Assembly (NCBI GenBank): GCA_031290105.1
Contig: JAITOD010000074.1
Location: 2,563 to 66,562, forward strand
From: Oscillospiraceae bacterium
GTDB taxonomy: Bacteria; Bacillota; Clostridia; Oscillospirales; Acutalibacteraceae
Direction: 5' to 3'
DNA length: 64,000 bases
The notes below the pieces were generated by a model. That model saw nothing but the letters and a program-made list of their open reading frames with translations, was not told the DNA's origin and ran no database searches. Numbering within the stretch: the first letter of the stretch is position 1; each line of letters opens with the position of its first letter. Position numbers and translations under genes: made by a program. This document shows positions 33,386 to 41,280 of the stretch, one piece after another.

Positions 33386-34618
33386 ATGGCGAATCACAGT
33401 CACCGAAAACGCAGGTTTGTTGCGATATTGGTTGTTCTGGCGATTTTATTGAGCACAACAGCAGTTATTGCGGCAGCAGCGGATGTCTTTACCGTGACTA
33501 TTGCGGCTGACGGTCAAACCAAAACCATAGAGACCCGGGCAAAAAGCACAGCCGATATTTTGGCGGAGGCCGGAATTGAATCGCGTCCCGGCGACCTGAT
33601 TGACGGCAGCGAATTCAGCCGCGGCTCTGACAGCCGTGTTACGCTTTACCGCGCAGCCTCTGTCCGCATTTTCGACGGCAAGAGCGAAACACTGGCGGTT
33701 ATTGCCGGAACAGTCGGCAGGGCGCTGGAGCAAGGCGGATACACCCTGCGCGTTGAGGACAGCGTTACACCCGCAGCAGAAACAGTCCTCACCGATGGGC
33801 TGGAAATCAAAATTACGCGCGCATTCAGCGTCAAAGTCACGGCTGACGGCAAGACGCAGGAGTTTTGGCTAAGCAGCGGCACAGTTAAGGACGCGCTGAA
33901 GCTTGCCGGAGTCGCATATAAAGCCACTGATGAGGTTGCGCCGAATCCAGAAAGCGCACTCACCAAAACGGTGGAAATCACCGTTGGGCGCGTGACATAC
34001 AAGACCCGCACGGTCAACGAGGAAGTGGCGTTCACCACAAGCAAACGCTACTCAAACGACCTTTATGTGGGCGAAACGAAAATCAGCACAAAAGGCGTAG
34101 CCGGGGTCAATAAAGTCACATATAAAGACAAGTATGTGGACGGCAAAAAAACCGGCACAGTTAAGGAAAGCACCGTGGAGGTCAAAACGCCTGTTGAGCA
34201 GGTGAAGCTTATCGGCGCGGTTTCGGCGGCTTACAGGCCCGTGATTATGAAGACGGGGCTCAAGCCAATCAGCGTCCTGCAGCCCTCAAGCAAGCTCCGG
34301 CTGGACGAAAACGGCATACCCAAAAACTACAAATCTGTTGTTGAGGGCAAAGCAAAGAGCTACTCCATCGGCAGCTATGGCGCGTCCGGGCGGGCATGTG
34401 TGCCGGGCAACATTGCCGTTGACCCGCGCCAATTCCCATACGGCACGGAACTCTATATTGTGTCCACGGACGGCAAGTATGTCTATGGTTACGCTGTGGC
34501 GAGCGACACAGGGCTGTTCGTCAAACAGCAGAGCTGTATGGTGGATTTGTTCATGCCCAGCATGGCCGCGTGCATCAATTGGGGAGCGCGGAACGTGCGG
34601 ATTTACGTCCTGCAATAG
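33386..34618 (+). CDS. YabE-like cell-wall protein (DUF348 repeats, G5 domain, C-terminal 3D domain)
   Basis: TM anchor, repeated ~45-aa DUF348-like units, G5-like region (VTYKDKYVDGKKTG) and a 3D-like C-terminus (GNIAVDP..FPYGT.LYI...G). Confidence 0.75.
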   Translation: MANHSHRKRRFVAILVVLAILLSTTAVIAAAADVFTVTIAADGQTKTIETRAKSTADILAEAGIESRPGDLIDGSEFSRGSDSRVTLYRAASVRIFDGKSETLAVIAGTVGRALEQGGYTLRVEDSVTPAAETVLTDGLEIKITRAFSVKVTADGKTQEFWLSSGTVKDALKLAGVAYKATDEVAPNPESALTKTVEITVGRVTYKTRTVNEEVAFTTSKRYSNDLYVGETKISTKGVAGVNKVTYKDKYVDGKKTGTVKESTVEVKTPVEQVKLIGAVSAAYRPVIMKTGLKPISVLQPSSKLRLDENGIPKNYKSVVEGKAKSYSIGSYGASGRACVPGNIAVDPRQFPYGTELYIVSTDGKYVYGYAVASDTGLFVKQQSCMVDLFMPSMAACINWGARNVRIYVLQ

Positions 34619-34636
34619 ATTCTCAGATATCGGACA

Positions 34637-34682
34637 AACAGACGTTAGATTGTGGGTGATCTAACGTCTGTTATTTGTTTTT
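34637..34682 (+). terminator. rho-independent terminator
   Basis: 14-bp stem AACAGACGTTAGAT/ATCTAACGTCTGTT followed by a T-rich tail. Confidence 0.8.
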
Positions 34683-34796
34683 GCGCAGAGTTTTTGACGC
34701 CTAACTTAAATTAAAGCTTAAACTTAAGTTAGTGCCGCATGTGGAATTTAGTCGCTGAAATCTTACGGCAATTTTGCGGCATAGATATATATAAAA

Positions 34797-34840
34797 TATA
34801 CCGGCAGCTCTAGCTGGAGCTGGAGCTAAAGCTGCCGGTA
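34797..34840 (-). terminator. hairpin terminator downstream of nrdR
   Basis: 12-bp stem ATACCGGCAGCT/AGCTGCCGGTAT. A U-rich tract follows on the minus strand. Confidence 0.55.
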
Positions 34841-34977
34841 TATCCAACAAACAACAACAAGCGCCTATAAATCAGCGCTCACTTAATTTCCGGGCAATAG
34901 CTTGTGCGTTAATCTATCGCCTGTTATTTTATAGCGTGTTGCTTTGGCATAAACTATACCGAGATGCCTGCGGGAAA

Positions 34978-35436
34978 TTAATCACGCTCCCCAAGTATCT
35001 GCGAAATGGCTTCCTTGAACGTGCTGATATCCTGAAAGCGGTGGTAGACCGACGCAAAGCGCACATACGCCACTTCATCAAGCGTACGCAGATTCTCCAT
35101 AACCAGCCCGCCGATTTTCTCGCTGGGGATTTCACGATCCAACGAGTTCTGCAGCGCGGTTTCAATATCGGCCACAATACGCTCCAACGCGGCGGTTTCA
35201 ACAGGGCGCTTGCCGCAGGCACGCAGCAGACTGTTGAAGAGCTTCTCGCGGCTGAACGGCTCGCGCGTCATGTTCTTTTTGACCACAACGATGGGGATAG
35301 TCTCCACAATCTCGTAAGTCGTGAAGCGTTTTTTGCAGTTCTCGCACTCGCGGCGGCGGCGGATTCGCAGTCCCTCGTCCGATGGGCGGGAATCGATGAC
35401 GCGGCTGTCCTCGCGTCCGCAGAATGGGCATTTCAT
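34978..35436 (-). CDS. nrdR: transcriptional repressor NrdR
   Basis: MKCPFCG...zinc ribbon plus an ATP-cone. AGAGGAG RBS. Start trimmed from 35487. Confidence 0.93.
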   Translation of the reverse strand: MKCPFCGREDSRVIDSRPSDEGLRIRRRRECENCKKRFTTYEIVETIPIVVVKKNMTREPFSREKLFNSLLRACGKRPVETAALERIVADIETALQNSLDREIPSEKIGGLVMENLRTLDEVAYVRFASVYHRFQDISTFKEAISQILGERD

Positions 35437-35463
35437 GGATGAACTCCTCTTTTTGTATGGGGC

Positions 35464-35492
35464 TTGACAAATATAACAATATGGCATATAAT
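35464..35492 (+). promoter_or_regulatory. sigma-A promoter TTGACA-17-TATAAT (drives the candidate sRNA)
   Basis: Exact consensus. No plus-strand CDS lies downstream. Confidence 0.6.
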
Positions 35493-35498
35493 AGTGGC

Positions 35499-35595
35499 AC
35501 AGGCAGACGAAACCGAACGGTTCGCTTGACCGGATAATTGATTACCGAAGTAGACCGCTTACCTGGCTAGGGGGAGCGGTCTACTTCTTTTTATT
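35499..35595 (+). ncRNA. candidate ~95-nt small RNA (promoter-to-terminator unit), antisense to the 3' end of the small peptide gene
   Basis: Bounded by the consensus promoter and by the terminator at 35547-35595. The 5' end is inferred, not mapped. Confidence 0.45.
35547..35595 (+). terminator. rho-independent terminator
   Basis: 13-bp stem GAAGTAGACCGCT/AGCGGTCTACTTC followed by TTTTTATT. Confidence 0.75.
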
Positions 35596-35664
35596 ATATC
35601 GTACCGAAGCGATGAGAACTGCCGTAACCGCAAGGATTAGGTAGAGTATCACTAAGTATTCCAT
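35581..35664 (-). CDS. 27-aa hydrophobic peptide MEYLVILYLILAVTAVLIASVRYNKKK (type-I-toxin-like)
   Basis: GGGGGAGGTGAT RBS 7 nt upstream of the ATG. One TM helix plus a basic tail. Below the ORF-track length cut-off. Confidence 0.5.
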   Translation of the reverse strand: MEYLVILYLILAVTAVLIASVRYNKKK

Positions 35665-35810
35665 AATATCACCTCCCCCGTGTTAAGGATGGAGGGTCAA
35701 GTGAACCGCCCGGGCGCTGGCTCGAAGGCAGCTTCTGCCCGTTGAAGACGTTCAACACGCTGACAGAATTCGCTTGCGCAAAATCCGCCCCCCCTGCCTG
35801 TGCCAACTGT

Positions 35811-35839
35811 ATTATACTATACGCCGGCAAAGATTGCAA
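35811..35839 (-). promoter_or_regulatory. promoter TTGCAA-17-TATAAT (minus strand) upstream of the peptide gene
   Basis: Hexamers at 35834-35839 and 35811-35816, giving a ~140-nt leader. Confidence 0.5.
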
Positions 35840-35853
35840 GCAAATTCAGCGCC

Positions 35854-38040
35854 TTAGTTCACCCGCAAAAAGCTGTTTGCCTGTATTGTCAGCCCGTTTA
35901 CGGTGGCTGCTTTTTCCGTTGCGTTAACGTAGACCACCGCGCCGGATTCGTATTCCGTACCCGTCACTCCTGCTTGGTGGACGGTGTGACGCGTTATCCG
36001 CGAGCCGCGCAAATCGGCAAGCGCCTCGGTGGCTTTGGAGCTGCTTTGCGCCGCAAAAGTCAGGGAGCTCTCGTAGTCAAGCTTATCCGCGGCAGTGTCG
36101 CCGCTCTCGGGAGCCTTAGCTACCCAACTGAACGCGGGCAGTGCGCCGTACTCAATTGTTTTGAGCAGCGCTTTCTCCGGCTTTTCCTCAAGATTAAGCG
36201 GCGCAAAGGAGTAATCCACCACGCCGTGGAGCAGCATCTGCGCCAGCGGAATACTCACATAAGCCGCACTCTCTTTAATGGCACGCGCGGCACTGGGCAG
36301 ACGCGTTACAACGGACGCGCTGCGCAGCAGATAGAAGTTCCCGCCGGGCACCATCAGCTTGCGCTCTGTGGAAAGCGGCGTGAGCTGCGCCTTAATCTCC
36401 TGCGCCGCGCTCTGGCGGTTGTTGAAGTCGCCGGAATAATCCGAGCAAAGCGCCGTGTCCAAGTCGCTGAGCGAGAGTCCCATCGGCTCTATATCTCGCA
36501 GACTGAGCAGGATTTTAGTGGTGATTTTTTCCAGCGTTCCCACCGCGCGCAGCGGAACATCCCGCACTGTTGCGCCGTATAACTCACTGACCTCGCTAAG
36601 CTGAGGCAGCTTCACCGTTTTGCCGTAGAGGTTCTCCGCATTTGCGCCGCCGGAGCCCGTGATATACGGGACATCAAGGAAAAGCTGCATATTCTGCGCC
36701 CGAACCAGATTCTGCAGCTTGGTGTATTCAGCATTGCCGCCCACGCGCCTGAGCACCTGCACATTGCCGCTTTTCTGCGTTGCACCGACCAATTGCAGGA
36801 AGGCGTTGTCTATCCCCTTACTCTTTATGAGGGCCAAAAGCTCCTGCGCCTGTTCGGCAGTGGTGAGTGTTTTTGTGTATTCAATGCCGCGCTTAACACG
36901 CGCCGTAGCCGTCAACGTGATGTTGATTGGCAGCTTATCCTGATTTTCCACCGCGCGTGACGGGATTAGCTTGCTGCGAATCAACTGTTCGCGCAGCGCG
37001 CCCGCCATGCCGGAGTAATCTGCCGCCGTGCCGGAAAGGAAGCGGTATCGGATTGCCACAGGCTCTTTATAGCTCTTCGCCGCGCTGTATACGGCTGTTT
37101 TGCTGCCCTTTGGCTGAGTCACGGTGGGCGTGACGGCAAAGCGCGTGCCCACGCTGTTAACGCTGTTGCCGCTGCGCTGACGGTCCGCGATGACGGAGGC
37201 GATGGCGTCGCCTTGCTCAATGTAAGCCGCAAAGCCGCTGTTGCCGCGGCGGATACCAAACACCGGCAATATTGCGGAGAAGGCGTAATTTGCCGACGGC
37301 GTCGCCCTATCGGGACCATAAATCTGAAAGCTCAAGGGCTGTGTAAAGTTAACGTCCGTCTTGCCTGTGTTGACCACCGCGCCGGAGCCGTCCGGAAGAA
37401 GCAGGAAGTCGCCCGCGCCGCTCTTTTCGTATGCGCCGAAGCCCTCGAGCACCCCAATGGATTCTATCACCGCGCCGGAAGAGGGCACTAAATCATCCCA
37501 AGACACGCGGACAACCAGGCTGCCGTCCACCAGCGTATATCGCAGCTCAACCCGAAACGCCAGCGGCGGCATGGGGTTTTTGGCTGCTTCGGCATCGGGG
37601 TAGCAGTCATATGTTACAACAAGCCCGGAGCCGTCGGCAAGCTTTTCGGACTTTGCCTTGCCAAAAGCAACAGAGTTTTCCTGCACATTCCAGTTGCTGC
37701 GGCTGTTCCCCTGGCGGACGGTAAGCGTGACGGGTGCGGCAGTGTCGCTCTGACCTTTAACATACGGCGGCAGGGTGTGCCAAAACTGACCGCTTACGGT
37801 TTCGCGCACACTGACGGTAAGGCTTTTTGTGTCCTCGTATAGTTCCACAATGCCGCTTGCCGCAATTTTGGTGAGCTTCTTTGCGTCCGTCTGCGGGGTG
37901 TGCAGCGCAGCAAGGGTCATCGGCGCAGTGGATTCGGTGATTTCGGGAAAAACCTCCTCACGCAGAGCGGAATTTGCACCGCACGCGGCGGGCAATATCA
38001 GCAATACGGCAATCAACAGCACCGCAATAATACGTTTCAT
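35854..38040 (-). CDS. large secreted lipoprotein of unknown function
   Basis: Start MKRIIAVLL after an AAGGAG RBS. Lipobox LPAAC. 728 aa with no recognised catalytic motif. Confidence 0.6.
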   Translation of the reverse strand: MKRIIAVLLIAVLLILPAACGANSALREEVFPEITESTAPMTLAALHTPQTDAKKLTKIAASGIVELYEDTKSLTVSVRETVSGQFWHTLPPYVKGQSDTAAPVTLTVRQGNSRSNWNVQENSVAFGKAKSEKLADGSGLVVTYDCYPDAEAAKNPMPPLAFRVELRYTLVDGSLVVRVSWDDLVPSSGAVIESIGVLEGFGAYEKSGAGDFLLLPDGSGAVVNTGKTDVNFTQPLSFQIYGPDRATPSANYAFSAILPVFGIRRGNSGFAAYIEQGDAIASVIADRQRSGNSVNSVGTRFAVTPTVTQPKGSKTAVYSAAKSYKEPVAIRYRFLSGTAADYSGMAGALREQLIRSKLIPSRAVENQDKLPINITLTATARVKRGIEYTKTLTTAEQAQELLALIKSKGIDNAFLQLVGATQKSGNVQVLRRVGGNAEYTKLQNLVRAQNMQLFLDVPYITGSGGANAENLYGKTVKLPQLSEVSELYGATVRDVPLRAVGTLEKITTKILLSLRDIEPMGLSLSDLDTALCSDYSGDFNNRQSAAQEIKAQLTPLSTERKLMVPGGNFYLLRSASVVTRLPSAARAIKESAAYVSIPLAQMLLHGVVDYSFAPLNLEEKPEKALLKTIEYGALPAFSWVAKAPESGDTAADKLDYESSLTFAAQSSSKATEALADLRGSRITRHTVHQAGVTGTEYESGAVVYVNATEKAATVNGLTIQANSFLRVN

Positions 38041-38544
38041 AAGCAAACTCCTTATGTCCGGCAAAAAAATTTAAGTAACGCGGAGAAAGACACAATCGCC
38101 TTTTGGGAGATTCTGTCTTTCCGAACAATGGATTTGTTTGAAAAAATCCATGCTCTATTGTAACACAGGGCACTTTTTTTTTCAAGCTTGCCGTTTTGTG
38201 CTCCCCAATTCGCGTTCGCGATCAAAGGACCGTTAATGGGTTTTTGGGAAGCCTTCACGCATAAAATGCCCCGCACCCAGCAGAAACGTTTTGCGCTTGC
38301 CGGCTTATATCCTTCACGTTCGACGGGAAACTTGGTTTCCGTTCCGCAATGGTAGTATGTGCAGAGGCAAGCGCGGAATTCATGTGCTGTAATTGAGAAA
38401 TAATAACAATTCGGCAGTATGCTTTTGTGCGAAAGGTAAATGTTTCGGCGCCCGGCGGAGGAATTTATTTGTTTTTTGGGCATAATAATCAATAAATCGC
38501 GGTTTTTTGAGGGCGATGCGGACAAGCCCTTCAACAATTTTGGG

Positions 38545-38584
38545 CATGTTGCACAAAATGAATACGTTGCTTTTGTGCAACATG
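38545..38584. repeat. 14-bp perfect inverted repeat CATGTTGCACAAAA-N12-TTTTGTGCAACATG
   Basis: Abuts the -35 box of the 38586 promoter. Confidence 0.85.
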
Positions 38585-38585
38585 C

Positions 38586-38614
38586 TTGACAAATTTGCGA
38601 AAAGCGGTTATAAT
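38586..38614 (+). promoter_or_regulatory. sigma-A promoter TTGACA-17-TATAAT
   Basis: Exact consensus, 32 nt upstream of the small ORF. Confidence 0.6.
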
Positions 38615-38646
38615 GGTATCATACCAAAGAAAAGGAGGTGGAATAA

Positions 38647-38784
38647 ATGAGAATGCGTGAACGGTTGAACTTGGAGAAGCAACTGCTCCAAAAGCTGGAG
38701 CGCGAACAGGGGCTGGTGTCCAAGTTCCTGACGGTGCTTGCCCTGATTTCTTTGGAACAGGGTGACCGCGCCCGAGCGGCATAA
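38647..38784 (+). CDS. 45-aa small protein MRMRERLNLEKQLLQKLEREQGLVSKFLTVLALISLEQGDRARAA
   Basis: AAAGGAGGTGG RBS 6 nt upstream. A bulged hairpin with a T-tract follows (~38814-38850). Confidence 0.4.
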   Translation: MRMRERLNLEKQLLQKLEREQGLVSKFLTVLALISLEQGDRARAA

Positions 38785-39072
38785 AATGCAGCCGATTTCA
38801 ACTAAACCAAGGTAACTCCTGCGGCAGTTCGCACTGCGGGGGTTATTTTGCTTTTATAGGGCTGATTTTTGTTTTAACCGATATTACCGTTTGCGTGTAC
38901 ACGTTCACCAACATCATTGCATTTATGACCCGTTAATAGGTTAGCTCGCACTTTGTTGCCCCGCTCGCAGCGTCCAAGGCGTGTGCGAAATATGCGAGGG
39001 TGAGCTCCAAAAACAAATTGCCGGTCAACTTATGTTTCGGCGGCGAGATTGATGGAAATTAAAATGGGGGGG

Positions 39073-39101
39073 TTGCGGAATTGGGAAAACTGTGCTATAC
39101 T
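39073..39101 (+). promoter_or_regulatory. promoter TTGCGG-17-(TGc)TATACT upstream of tRNA-Pro
   Basis: Extended -10-like TGCTATACT. Lies ~200 nt upstream of the tRNA. Confidence 0.4.
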
Positions 39102-39307
39102 AATGTAGGACGCAATGTATCTTTTGGGGCGTGTCATTATGGTCGGCGGCGTTGGCAAGAAAAATGTTCACCGCCTTGTAAGACTCGTCAGGTTGCTGCT
39201 CGGTAACTAAATCCTGTGTTGCCGCTCTAACCCGGCAGACCGATTCCGCAAGGTTTATGCTCGGCGACCGGACGTTGTTAGACTTTATTTCATGCAGAAA
39301 GCATTAT

Positions 39308-39383
39308 CCGGGTGTGGCGCAGTTGGTAGCGCGCTTGACTGGGGGTCAAGAGGCCGTGGGTTCAAGTCCCGCCACTCGGACCA
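39308..39383 (+). tRNA. tRNA-Pro (anticodon GGG), CCA encoded
   Basis: Cloverleaf CCGGGTG/TG/GCGC-AGTTGGTA-GCGC/G/CTTGA-CTGGGGG-TCAAG/AGGCC/GTGGG-TTCAAGT-CCCGC/CACTCGG-A-CCA. G37 is present. Confidence 0.9.
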
Positions 39384-39387
39384 CAAG

Positions 39388-39434
39388 AAGCCCCTATATC
39401 TCAACGATTTTGAGACGTAGGGCTTTTAATTTTA
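39388..39434 (+). terminator. hairpin plus T-tract after tRNA-Pro
   Basis: AAGCCCCTA...TAGGGCTT (one bulge) followed by TTTTAATTTT. Confidence 0.45.
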
Positions 39435-39478
39435 GCTCTCAGTGACTACAAAGTGACTAATAAACTTTCCAGCACTCC

Positions 39479-40012
39479 CTATCCCACCATCACTCCCTCT
39501 GCCACCCAAGCTCTCGAGAAATCCCGATCCCGAAACAGCGCCGCCAGCCCGCTGAGCTGCTTGAGCCGTAATAACTCGTCGGCGTCCATGCCGAAGTTGC
39601 GCATAATCCAGTCGTCGCCCATGCCTGCCTCAATAACATTCTGTACAATGCCCTGCATAAGCTCAATTGAGTGCATACCCCGCGCGCGGTTGTGCCTGAT
39701 TGTGCTGGCCATGCGGTCGCTGATGGGCTTGTCGATGACGGACACCGGCAAGCAAGCACCCTCGCGTTCGCGAATGCGTTTGCTCGTCAGCATTACCGTG
39801 TAGCGGTGGAATCCGTCCACAATTTCGTACTTGCCGCTCTCCTCAAGGTAGTAGCACACAATGGGCATGGTGTATCCGTCTTCCCAAATTGACTTCTCCA
39901 AAAGCTTCATTTCCGGTGGCGCAACGTGGTTTGGATTATAGGCGTTTGCTTGTATTTTTCCGATTGGCACACGCCGAATATCATAGACCGGACTTATAAA
40001 AGATCGCTCCAT
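39479..40012 (-). CDS. ParB-like nuclease domain protein (IbrB-like)
   Basis: ParB N-terminal motifs IVDGFHRY and RHNRARG. Overlaps the upstream gene by 19 nt. Confidence 0.75.
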   Translation of the reverse strand: MERSFISPVYDIRRVPIGKIQANAYNPNHVAPPEMKLLEKSIWEDGYTMPIVCYYLEESGKYEIVDGFHRYTVMLTSKRIREREGACLPVSVIDKPISDRMASTIRHNRARGMHSIELMQGIVQNVIEAGMGDDWIMRNFGMDADELLRLKQLSGLAALFRDRDFSRAWVAEGVMVG

Positions 40013-41280
40013 TTTTCAATAGCCGCCTTTCTTTTTTTGATTTCGGATTTTGTTTTCGCAAACCCCATGTACTTGCAAGTGTGGTCGTTTTTGAGTATGC
40101 ATACGCACATGCGCTTGTAGCTTGGCACTGATTTGAAGTCACTTATCTGCGGCATGTCGTCCGGATAATCGGCGAATCGCACAACGGCTTGACCATCATG
40201 CGCGCGTGCAACGGCGGTTTGGGCTTCACGTAGCTCACGCAAGGTTCGTTCGGACAAAACTCCGCCCTTTTCCCGCCAGAATTTTATAGAAACAGCGAGC
40301 TTGCGCAAATAATTTTGCCGTGCTTCATCCGGCAATGTTGATAGCAAAAACTCCATATATTCACGCCATGTGAAATGCGCAGGTTTTTGGATATTTCGCC
40401 AGCCCATTGCCGTGGTATTGCCGTAAATACCCGTAAAATTTACTCCATTGACGCGTGAAATCATGCGGCCCCAATTGTCGGGGTCAATTGCTTTGTAGTA
40501 TGCAAGGCTGCCTTTTGCGTAGTCTAAAAAAGGGCTTGCAACGCGCATTTGGCTAATGGTCATCCCAGCTTGATACATCAGGTCGTATAAAGAGTTATAG
40601 GTAAAACCAAATCGCGCATTCGCCGTCCAGATATCTTCTGTTCGCCAGTCGTAAATCGGGTGTCCAAGCGTGTATGCCGGCCGGTCAGTCAGCCAGCATA
40701 GCCCCCTGTGTTGGTTGACTTTTTTCGCGGAGGTGATAGCCGACAGCCGATTCAAGCTTTCGTCCGAGCGCACGCCGGTAAGACAGCATAATTTATTGCT
40801 ATGTTTTCCGGATAGCCATGCGCAAAAATTCTCCTGCACGTCATAATCCCATAAATCGCGGAAACTGAATTCGGCGGTATTTTCTGTAATGATATATTGA
40901 AAATCCGGCATTGAACGCACCCATAATTCTTGTTTTTCTCGCTCCCACGGAATCCAGTGGTCTTGAAACATTGACGTCGCACATGTCACTTTAATAGGCA
41001 AACAAAGCCAGTATTTGCCTACTTCATCGGGTAACGCCGCAAAGGCCTGCGTTACATAGTCCGTGGTCATTTGATACTGCGCCTCGTAGTCAATATGGTA
41101 TACAGACAGCTTATTTAAGCAACTATTTTCACTCGCATATTTCAAACAAAGATTCAGCAGCACGCCCGAATCTTTCCCGCCTGAAAATGCTACGAGCACG
41201 TTTTCAAACTCCGCGAATGCGTAAGCAATCCGTTCCATCGCCGCTTCATAAACATTTTCTGTTATAAAGATTTTACCCAT
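39994..41280 (-). CDS. PP-loop / phosphoadenosine-phosphosulfate reductase family protein with extended C-terminal domain (IbrA-like)
   Basis: PP-loop VLVAFSGGKDSGVLL. ~430 aa, consistent with a PAPS_reduct plus DUF3440-type architecture. Confidence 0.75.
   Translation of the reverse strand: MGKIFITENVYEAAMERIAYAFAEFENVLVAFSGGKDSGVLLNLCLKYASENSCLNKLSVYHIDYEAQYQMTTDYVTQAFAALPDEVGKYWLCLPIKVTCATSMFQDHWIPWEREKQELWVRSMPDFQYIITENTAEFSFRDLWDYDVQENFCAWLSGKHSNKLCCLTGVRSDESLNRLSAITSAKKVNQHRGLCWLTDRPAYTLGHPIYDWRTEDIWTANARFGFTYNSLYDLMYQAGMTISQMRVASPFLDYAKGSLAYYKAIDPDNWGRMISRVNGVNFTGIYGNTTAMGWRNIQKPAHFTWREYMEFLLSTLPDEARQNYLRKLAVSIKFWREKGGVLSERTLRELREAQTAVARAHDGQAVVRFADYPDDMPQISDFKSVPSYKRMCVCILKNDHTCKYMGFAKTKSEIKKRKAAIEKWSDLL

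Noticed and set aside
35437-35500. NrdR-box autoregulatory palindromes upstream of nrdR
   Set aside because: The AT-rich segment CACTATTATATGCCATATTGT is not a good palindrome and does not fit the NrdR-box consensus as I remember it.
38052-38592. ORFs 38052-38537 and 38380-38592 (minus strand) in the long intergenic region
   Set aside because: They have Cys/Arg/Ser-rich low-complexity translations, no RBS and no recognisable motif. A pseudogene remnant is possible but I cannot support it.
39257-39445. 62-aa ORF overlapping tRNA-Pro (and ORFs 23466-23705 and 23607-23828 over tRNA-Gln)
   Set aside because: These coincide with clear tRNA cloverleaves and have no RBS.
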